From NCBI GenBank assembly GCA_963776345.1, contig CAVZMH010000001.1, forward strand, positions 64,001 to 128,000: DNA of 64,000 bases, given 5' to 3'. The position numbers and the translations under genes are program-made. Origin of the DNA: an uncultured delta proteobacterium. GTDB lineage: Bacteria > Myxococcota > Myxococcia > Myxococcales > Myxococcaceae. Shown piece by piece: positions 53,254 through 64,000 of this stretch. The notes beneath the pieces are model-generated. The model worked only from the letters and a program-made list of their open reading frames with translations, had not been told where the DNA came from and made no database searches. Position 1 is the first letter of the stretch, and each line of letters opens with the position of its first letter.

Positions 53254-53745
53254 TCAGGCCGACCGCAGCACGCCCGCCCGGAGCGGCGCGAGGTAGTTCA
53301 GGCTGCTCGTCGCCAGCGCGGCGCCGATCGCGAGGTTCACCATCCCCCGCCAGAGCGGGGGCACGCCGGCCAGCGTGAGCCCGATGCTGAGCGCGGTCAT
53401 CAGTCCGATGACCACCCAGCTCCGGGTCCCGTAGACGTGGATCGGCCGGCGCTCCTCGGTGAGTGCGGTGAGCCGGTCGATGTTCCGCCGGGCGGTCTTC
53501 CGGAGAAGAAACCGGCCCTTGGCGACGCCGATCGCCAGCGCCGCCGCCGCGACGGCCACCACGAGGCCGGGAGCAGCAGGTCCCCGCGCCGCCTGGAGGA
53601 GCCGGCCCGTTCCCAGTGAAAGGAGCACCGCGCCGCCCAGGAGCCACAGCCCGAACGCCAGCCACCCGAGCCAGCGGGGCGCGAGCCTGACGGGCAACGC
53701 CAGCAGCAGCACGGCGATGACCGGCATGATCGGCAGCGCGGGCAA
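53254..53745 (-). CDS. Hypothetical multi-pass membrane protein
   Basis: Four to five hydrophobic helices, GVAKGRFLL.K.A.RN; follows rho on the same strand. Confidence 0.75.
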   Translation of the reverse strand: MPALPIMPVIAVLLLALPVRLAPRWLGWLAFGLWLLGGAVLLSLGTGRLLQAARGPAAPGLVVAVAAAALAIGVAKGRFLLRKTARRNIDRLTALTEERRPIHVYGTRSWVVIGLMTALSIGLTLAGVPPLWRGMVNLAIGAALATSSLNYLAPLRAGVLRSA

Positions 53746-53763
53746 TCGATCCTCCGGGGCCGC

Positions 53764-55278
<1,515 letters not shown>

Positions 55279-55471
55279 CCAGTGCTCTCGAGGGGGCTGA
55301 GAGGCGTGGCGGTGGACAGGCGGCTGAGCGCTCCTGCGCTCGAGAGCCCCCGACCGGTCCGGCATCGCCCCGGGGTTCGCCTCGCCAGCCAGCCCGGGAA
55401 GTGGGCCCGACCCGGCGAGGACAGGTCCGCTTATAGCAGAAGACGGGCCGGTTCGCTCCAGAACCGTGCCG

Positions 55472-57946
55472 TCACTGGAGCCGCAGCTCGAACGGCAGCG
55501 CGGCCTTCATCCCCGGCTCGAGCAGGAACAGCGACGGGACGCCGACCTCCCGGGCCATCCGCTGCAACGCATCGGGCTCCGGGGCGGCACGCTCGGCGCC
55601 GACGCCGAGCTGGGTGAGCACCCCGCTCTCCCCGGCGAGCGCGGCCAGCAGGCCCGTCGGGCCGCCGTAGGTGACCAGCGCCAGCTCCTCGCCCTCCGGC
55701 ACGCCCGCGCGGCGCCGCGCCTCGGCGACCGCCTCGGGGAGGCCGCCGAGCGCGTCGACCAGGCCCCGCGCCCGTGCGTCCTCTCCGGACCAGATGCGTC
55801 CGCGCGCCACCGCATCCACCTGCGCCGGGTCCATCTTCCGGCTGCGCGCCACCTCCTGGACGAAGTCGTCGTAGAACGCGTCCACCCACCGCTGCGCGGC
55901 GGCCTGCTCGGCCGGGGTCCACGGCCGGTAGAGCCCCAGGATGTCGGAGAGCGGCCCACGCTTGAGCGTCTCGACGTTCACCCCGAGCTTCTTCCCCAGC
56001 CCCTCGAGCCCCGGCTTGAGCACGAAGACGCCGATGCTCCCGGTGAGCGTGGTGGGCTCGGCGAAGACCCAGTCCGCGCCCATCGCCGCGTAGTAGCCGC
56101 CCGACGCCGCCGCCCCGCCCATCGTCGCCACCACCGGCTTCCTCGCCCGGGCGCGGAGCACGGCCCGGTACATGATGTCGGAGGCGAGCCCGTCCCCGCC
56201 GCCGCTGTCGATCCGGACCACGATCGCGGCCACACGGGGATCCGACTCGGCGTCGCGCAGCGCGCGCTCGATGGTCTCCGCGCCCGCAGACTGCGAGAAG
56301 CCGAGCGGATCGCTCCGGCTCCGTCCCCCGGTGATCGAGCCCACGATCGGCACCACCGCGATGCGCCGCGGCTCTCCCCAGCGGCGCTCCGGGGCGGCGG
56401 GCCAGTACGCGCCAACCCAGCGGCCGTCCGGCACCAGCGCCGCGCCGGCCCGGTCGAGCTGCACCGGGTCCATCACCTCGTCGGCCAGCTTCTCGCGAAC
56501 GGCCGTGCGCGGCGGCAGGAGCCCCTCCTCGAGCACCTTGCGGAAGCGCTCCACGGGGAGCCCGCGCGCCTCGGCGACCAGGCCCTCGTACCGGCGGGAC
56601 TCGACGTCGAGGAAGGCGTCGAGCGACTCGCGCTGCTCGCGGCTCATGCTCGCCCGGGTGAGCTGGTCGGGCGCGTCCTTGTACTCGCCCACCCGGGCGA
56701 CGTCCCACTTCACGCCGAGCTTCTGCATCGTCTCGCCGAGGAAGATGACGTTCGCCGAGAGCCCGTTCACGTCCAGGAAGGACTGGGGCGAGACCCAGAT
56801 GCGGTCCGCGCCGGTGGCCACCAGGTACTCCTTGTCCCCGCCCGAGAGGAGCATCGCCGCGACGCGCTTGCCGGCCTTGCGCAGCCGGATGAGCTCGGCG
56901 CGGAGCTCCTCGGCCTCGGCCATGCCGATGGGCAGCCGCTCGATCTTCACCACCAGGCCGGCGAGCGTCCGGTCCTCGGAGGCCCGCTGGAGGCGGCGGA
57001 GCAGCTTCACGTACGGGTCCTCGTCGCGGATGCCGAGCAGCCCGAGGGCCGAGCCGCCGCCGGCGAGCGCCGAGGCGAGGTCGACCAGGCCGACTCGCCC
57101 GCCGAACAGCTCGACGCCCCGGTAGCGGGAGGCGGAGACCCGGGCGGAGACCAGGTGATCGGTGCCGTCCGGACCTCCGCCGACGGCGTAGCCGACGCCG
57201 GCGTACGCGCCGTTGAGGGTGAGCGACACCTGCCAGAACCACGGCTCGCCGGCCTCGCGCCAGCTCTTGGTGACCGAGGTCCCGAGCACCACGCCGCGCA
57301 CCAGCTCGGCCTGGACCACGGCGCCCACCCGGCTCTCGCCAAGGGTGTCGAACCCCGGGAACTGCCAGTTCGCGCCCAGGGTCAGCCAGTCGCCCCAGGG
57401 CCGCACGCCAAAGGCCAGCTCCCAGGTGCGAGACTGCGCCTCGTCGCCGATGTCCTTCAGCGCGAAGCCGAGCGACAGCGTCCGGCTCGGTCGGCTGGAG
57501 AGCCCGAGGTCCCAGGTGTTCGGTCCGGGCGCGGTGCCGAGGTTCGGGGTGTAGACGTTGAAGCTGCTCCCCAGGGCCAGCCACTGGCCGCCGACGGAGG
57601 CGGTGTACGAGGTCTTGCGGTAGCCGCTGCGCTCCGAGCCGGCGTATGGCCCGCGCACCCAGTCCAGCCCGACGCCGAAGCCGAACCAGTCGAAGAAGGT
57701 GCTGCCGAAGTACAGGCCGTCCACGATCGAGTCGAGGTGGAGGTTCCGCTCGTGCTGGTAGACGAGCATCGGGCCGCCCACGAACTGGAGCCCGGCAGGG
57801 TTCACCTCCGGGGCGGTCACCTCGTCGGCGAGCGCGGCGTTGGTGGGCGGGAGCGTGGGACGGAGCTCGCCGATGGCCGAAGCCTGGGCCCGGGCGAGCG
57901 CTGGGAGGAGGAGCAGGACGAGCGCGGTGGAGCGAGTCACGCCCAC
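55472..57946 (-). CDS. sppA: Signal peptide peptidase SppA (tandem S49) fused to an N-terminal beta-barrel-like domain
   Basis: VGEYKDA (Lys), RIDSGGG, AASGGYY (Ser), [18 protein letters not shown]-terminal ~270 aa with NPAGL and amphipathic strands. Confidence 0.9.
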   Translation of the reverse strand: MGVTRSTALVLLLLPALARAQASAIGELRPTLPPTNAALADEVTAPEVNPAGLQFVGGPMLVYQHERNLHLDSIVDGLYFGSTFFDWFGFGVGLDWVRGPYAGSERSGYRKTSYTASVGGQWLALGSSFNVYTPNLGTAPGPNTWDLGLSSRPSRTLSLGFALKDIGDEAQSRTWELAFGVRPWGDWLTLGANWQFPGFDTLGESRVGAVVQAELVRGVVLGTSVTKSWREAGEPWFWQVSLTLNGAYAGVGYAVGGGPDGTDHLVSARVSASRYRGVELFGGRVGLVDLASALAGGGSALGLLGIRDEDPYVKLLRRLQRASEDRTLAGLVVKIERLPIGMAEAEELRAELIRLRKAGKRVAAMLLSGGDKEYLVATGADRIWVSPQSFLDVNGLSANVIFLGETMQKLGVKWDVARVGEYKDAPDQLTRASMSREQRESLDAFLDVESRRYEGLVAEARGLPVERFRKVLEEGLLPPRTAVREKLADEVMDPVQLDRAGAALVPDGRWVGAYWPAAPERRWGEPRRIAVVPIVGSITGGRSRSDPLGFSQSAGAETIERALRDAESDPRVAAIVVRIDSGGGDGLASDIMYRAVLRARARKPVVATMGGAAASGGYYAAMGADWVFAEPTTLTGSIGVFVLKPGLEGLGKKLGVNVETLKRGPLSDILGLYRPWTPAEQAAAQRWVDAFYDDFVQEVARSRKMDPAQVDAVARGRIWSGEDARARGLVDALGGLPEAVAEARRRAGVPEGEELALVTYGGPTGLLAALAGESGVLTQLGVGAERAAPEPDALQRMAREVGVPSLFLLEPGMKAALPFELRLQ

Positions 57947-58145
57947 TGCTTGGCCCAGTCCTGCCCGCTCGGCAGCAACAAAGCGGCCGTCGGCGGCCGG
58001 CCGGACAGTTCTTCAATCGGGCTCCGTTTCTTGCCACGTGGGTCTCGGCCGTTAGGATGCTGGCGCTGCTGCAGGGCGCTACAGGGGAGAACCGCGCGGA
58101 TTTCCTCGCCTTCTTCCCAGGCAGGCGGGCGTCCGGAGCGAGGCG

Positions 58146-60512
58146 ATGGCACGACAGAACACGGCACAGAAGGCGCGGGGAAAGGCGCCCCCCGGCGGAA
58201 ACGGCGAGCTGGCCCTGGGTGGAGGCGGCGGGAACGACACGCCCGCGGCGCTCCACGAGGAGGCGCGCCGCCGGTACCTCAACTACGCGCTGAGTGTCAT
58301 CACCTCGCGCGCGCTGCCCGACGTGCGCGACGGCCTGAAGCCGGTGCAGCGGCGGATCGTCTACGGGATGTTCGCCGACTTCCGGCTGACGCCGGACGCC
58401 AAGTACCAGAAGTGCGCCGAGGTCGTGGGCCAGATCATGGGCCGCTACCACCCGCACGGCGACCAGGCCATCTACGACGCGATGGTCCGGATGGCCCAGG
58501 ACTTCTCGCTGCGCTACCCGCTGGTGGACGGCCACGGCAACTTCGGCTCGCTCGACGGCGACTCGGCCGCCGCGTACCGGTACACCGAGTGCCGCATGAC
58601 GGAGCTGGCGACGGACCTGGTGCGTGAGATCGCCAGCGAGACCGTCCCCTTCCGGCCCAACTACACCGGGACGCGGACCGAGCCGGTCGTTCTCCCGGCG
58701 CTGGCCCCGCAGCTCCTGATGAACGGCACCACCGGCATCGCGGTGGGGATGGCCACCAACATCCCGCCACACAACGTCGGCGAGCTGTGTGATGCGCTCA
58801 CTGCGCTGATCAAGGACCCGAAGCTCGAGACCAAGGACCTCCTCAAGTTCGTGAAGGGCCCGGATTTCCCCACCGGGGCCCAGGTGCTGAACACGAAGAA
58901 GGAGCTCCGGGAGATCTACGAGACGGGTCAGGGAGGGATCCGGGTCCGCGGCGAGTGGAAGCTGGAGCAGCTCCCCCGCGGCGGGCAGCAGATCGTCATC
59001 ACCTCCATCCCCTACGCGGTGAACAAGTCGAGCCTGGTGGCGAAGATCGGCGACCTGGTGCGGGAGCGGAAGCTGGCCCCGCTCACCGACGTGCGCGACG
59101 AGAGCACCGCCGACGTGCGGATCGTCCTGGAGCTCAAGCGGGACGCGGGCGCCGAGATGGTCATGGCGTACCTCTTCAAGCACACCCCGCTCCAGACCAA
59201 CTTCAACGTCAACATGACCGCCCTGGTCCCCGGCGAGGATCCGGAGGTCGGCACCCCCGAGCGGCTGGACCTCAAGGCGATGCTCCAGCACTTCCTGGAC
59301 TTCCGCTTCGAGGTGGTCACCAAGCGGCACGAGTTCGAGCTCGCCCAGGTCAAGAAGCGACTCCACGTTCTCGAGGGTTTCGAGAAGGTCTACGACGCGC
59401 TCGACGAGATGATCCGCATCATCCGCAAGTCCGACGGCAAGCAGGACGCCGCCGGCAAGCTGATGAAGCGCTTCGAGCTGGACGCCGAGCAGGTGGAGGC
59501 GATTCTCGAATTGAAGCTCTACAAGCTGGCCCGGCTGGAGATCCTGGTCATCCAGAAGGAGGCCAAGGAGAAGCGGGCCGAGGCGGCGCGGCTCGCCGGC
59601 GTGCTCAAGGACCCGCGCAAGCGCTGGGCGGTGGTCCAGGACGAGCTCGGGCAGGTGAGGGCCAAGTACGCCGACGCACGGCGGACCAGGCTCGGCGGCG
59701 GCGGCGACGACGTGGAGTACTCGGAGGAGGCGTTCATCGCCGACGAGGACGCCCACGTGGTCCTCACCCGCGACGGCTGGGTCAAGCGGGTGCGGGAGAT
59801 GAAGGACCCGAGCACCACCCGGCTCCGCGAGGGCGACGAGGTGATGGCGGTCCTCGCCGGCTCGCTCAAGAGCAACCTGGTGTTCTTCTCCAATTTCGGC
59901 TCGGCGTACGTGACCCGCTTCAACGACGTGCCGGCGTCCACCGGATACGGGGACCCGATCCAGAAGCTCTTCAAGTTCGACGACGGCGAGCGGGTGGTCG
60001 GAGCGCTCTCGCTCGACCCGCGGCTGCCCCGGCCCGAGTTGCTGCTGGGCGTCAGCCGGCGCGGATACGGGTTGCGCTTCCCGCTCGCCCCGCACACCGA
60101 GGCCTCCACCCGCTCGGGCCGCCGCTACGCCCGGCCGGGCGAGGGCGACGAGCTCCTGGGCGTGATGCCGGTGGGCAACCGCGACCTCCTGGCGGTGGTG
60201 ACCGAGCACGCCCGGGCGCTGGTGACCAAGGCGAACGAGGTGAACGAGCTCGCCGGGCCAGGACGCGGGGTGACGGTGATCAAGGTCGAGCCCGAGGACC
60301 GGGTGCTGGCCTTCCTCTGCACCACGGACAAGGAGGCCCGGCTGGAGCTCGAGACCTCGAAGGGCAGGAAGCTGGTGCTCTCGCCGGTCAAGTACGAGGT
60401 GAGTGCCCGCGGTGGCCGCGGCCGCGAGATGGCCCGGAAGGAGACGGTGAAGCTGTTGCCTGGGCCGCTCGAGTGGACGCCGCTGCCCGAAGAGAAGAAG
60501 GAGGACCGCTGA
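58146..60512 (+). CDS. parC: Type IIA topoisomerase subunit A (ParC-like; no GyrA-box seen)
   Basis: [34 protein letters not shown] catalytic Tyr, [14 protein letters not shown]. Confidence 0.88.
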   Translation: MARQNTAQKARGKAPPGGNGELALGGGGGNDTPAALHEEARRRYLNYALSVITSRALPDVRDGLKPVQRRIVYGMFADFRLTPDAKYQKCAEVVGQIMGRYHPHGDQAIYDAMVRMAQDFSLRYPLVDGHGNFGSLDGDSAAAYRYTECRMTELATDLVREIASETVPFRPNYTGTRTEPVVLPALAPQLLMNGTTGIAVGMATNIPPHNVGELCDALTALIKDPKLETKDLLKFVKGPDFPTGAQVLNTKKELREIYETGQGGIRVRGEWKLEQLPRGGQQIVITSIPYAVNKSSLVAKIGDLVRERKLAPLTDVRDESTADVRIVLELKRDAGAEMVMAYLFKHTPLQTNFNVNMTALVPGEDPEVGTPERLDLKAMLQHFLDFRFEVVTKRHEFELAQVKKRLHVLEGFEKVYDALDEMIRIIRKSDGKQDAAGKLMKRFELDAEQVEAILELKLYKLARLEILVIQKEAKEKRAEAARLAGVLKDPRKRWAVVQDELGQVRAKYADARRTRLGGGGDDVEYSEEAFIADEDAHVVLTRDGWVKRVREMKDPSTTRLREGDEVMAVLAGSLKSNLVFFSNFGSAYVTRFNDVPASTGYGDPIQKLFKFDDGERVVGALSLDPRLPRPELLLGVSRRGYGLRFPLAPHTEASTRSGRRYARPGEGDELLGVMPVGNRDLLAVVTEHARALVTKANEVNELAGPGRGVTVIKVEPEDRVLAFLCTTDKEARLELETSKGRKLVLSPVKYEVSARGGRGREMARKETVKLLPGPLEWTPLPEEKKEDR

Positions 60513-60513
60513 G

Positions 60514-62462
<1,949 letters not shown>

Positions 62463-62466
<4 letters not shown>

Positions 62467-62927
62467 GCGGCGAGCGGCTGGCCTTCGTCGGCGTCGACGG
62501 GCCCGAGTACGCCCAGGAGCGAGATCTGAGGTGGCGCGTGCTCCGGAGGCCGCTCGGGCACGGGCGCGACGCGGTGGCCTTCCCCTTCGAGGCAGAGAGC
62601 CTTCATCTGCTGGCGCTCGACGGCGGCCGGGTCGTGGGCTGCGTCCTGTTCCATCCGGAGGGGCCGGAGAGCGGGCGGTTGTTCCAGATGGCGGTGGAGC
62701 CGGAGCGGCAGGGCAGCGGGCTCGGGACGCGGCTGGTCCGGGCGCTGGAGCAGGAGGTCGCCGCCCGAGGGTTCCGGGAGATCACCCTGCACGCGCGGGA
62801 CGCCGCGGTCGGCTTCTACGCGCGGCTGGGGTACGTGACGTTCGGCGGGCCGTACGTCGAGGTGGGCGTCCCGCATCAGAACATGCGGCGTTCTCTGCGC
62901 TCGGCACCCGACCTCGCAGGGAAGTAG
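62463..62927 (+). CDS. GNAT N-acetyltransferase (ElaA-like)
   Basis: LRWRVLR, QMAV...[27 protein letters not shown]. Likely CTG start at 62463. Confidence 0.88.
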
Positions 62928-63006
62928 CGGCGTGCGGTCGACGCGCTGGCGGCCCGCTTCGGGGGCTCGCGCCGGCGCCCCTGGCGAGGCTAGATCTCGG
63001 AGCGTG

Positions 63007-64000
63007 GTGAACTTCCTCGACACCGTGATCTCGGGCGGGACGGTCTTCGACGGGCGGGGCGGTCCCGGCCTGCGCGCCGACGTCGGCATCAAGGACGGGG
63101 AGATCGTCGTCCTGAGCGAGAGCCCGCTCCCGATCGACCCCGGGACGACGCGCATCGACGCGACCGGCCGGTGGGTGACGCCGGGCTTCATCGACTTCCA
63201 CACCCACTACGATGCCGAGGTCGAGCTCGCGCCAGGCCTGGTCGAGTCGGTGCGTCACGGCGTCACGACCGTCTCGATGGGGAGCTGCTCGCTCGGACTC
63301 GCGCCGGGGACGCCCGAGGACCTGGCGGACATGTTCTGCCGGGTGGAGGCCATCCCCTACGACGCCGTCCGCGCCCTGCTCGAGGAGCGCAAGGACTGGG
63401 AGACGCTCGAGGACTACCTGCACCACCTCGGCGAGCTGCCGCTCGGGCCGAACGTGACGTCATTCGTGGGCCACTCGGCCATCCGCGCGCACGTGATGGG
63501 CATCGAGCGGAGCCTCACCCGGGGCGAGCGCCCCACCGCTGACGAGCTCGCCCGGATGGAGGGCCTGCTCCGGGACGGGCTCGACGCCGGCTACCTCGGC
63601 CTCAGCATCCAGACGCTGCCCTGGGACAAGATGGGTGGCTCGCGCGACCTCCGGAGCCGGCCGCTCCCCAGCACCTACGCACGGTGGAGCGAGTACCGCC
63701 GGCTGACGCGCCTCCTCCGCGAGCGCGGCCGCGTCTTCCAGGGCGTCCCCAACGTCACCACCAAGGTGAACGTGCTGCTCTTCATGCTGGAGAGCGTGGG
63801 GCTCTTCCGCCGCGCGCTGAAGACCACCGTCATCTCGATGATGGACGCCCGCGCGACGCGCGGGCTGCACCGGATCATCGGCGTGCTCTCGCGCGGCGTG
63901 AACCGGCTGCTCGGCGGCGACTTCCGGTGGCAGGCGCTGCCCGAGGTGTTCGACCTCTGGGCGGATGGGATCGACCTGGTGGTCTTCGAGGAGTTCGGCG
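63007..64000 (+). CDS. Amidohydrolase (N-acyl-D-amino-acid deacylase-like), 3'-truncated by the window edge
   Basis: Own translation: ISGGTVFDG.G....ADVGIKDG, VTPGFIDFHTHYD, HGVTTV.MG.CS. No stop before the window end, so absent from the ORF track. Confidence 0.9.
   Translation, partial: MNFLDTVISGGTVFDGRGGPGLRADVGIKDGEIVVLSESPLPIDPGTTRIDATGRWVTPGFIDFHTHYDAEVELAPGLVESVRHGVTTVSMGSCSLGLAPGTPEDLADMFCRVEAIPYDAVRALLEERKDWETLEDYLHHLGELPLGPNVTSFVGHSAIRAHVMGIERSLTRGERPTADELARMEGLLRDGLDAGYLGLSIQTLPWDKMGGSRDLRSRPLPSTYARWSEYRRLTRLLRERGRVFQGVPNVTTKVNVLLFMLESVGLFRRALKTTVISMMDARATRGLHRIIGVLSRGVNRLLGGDFRWQALPEVFDLWADGIDLVVFEEFG

Overview
Very GC-rich, densely coding 64-kb segment of a bacterial chromosome. 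Gene content points to Myxococcota (Anaeromyxobacter/Myxococcaceae-like); this is inferred from a stand-alone mitochondrial-type EF-G, a GYF/J/PilZ protein, orphan receivers and many secreted 'PDAG' proteins. About 53 CDSs are mostly housekeeping or metabolic: fadN-fadA, lipase-fadL, gltBD, fusA, phhA, kup, rho, sppA, a second type IIA topoisomerase and two ABC operons. I saw no rRNA, tRNA, CRISPR array, prophage or transposase. Main observations: (1) a 180-bp MITE with 25-bp TIRs and a TTA duplication sits exactly in the ancestral TAATG gltB/gltD overlap and carries a stop-free frame that could keep translational coupling; (2) an isolated SctL/FliH-SctN/FliI-SctO/FliJ ATPase module has no export gate nearby; (3) a shared 16-bp quasi-palindrome lies upstream of both the lipase-fadL and fadN-fadA operons, a candidate lipid-scavenging regulon; (4) SppA is fused to a probable outer-membrane beta-barrel; (5) Rho has a disordered poly-Arg/Gln N-terminus; (6) a ~57-bp structured repeat occurs twice; (7) several single-base +1 frameshifts look like sequencing errors. 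All functional calls come from motifs read by eye; no searches were run.
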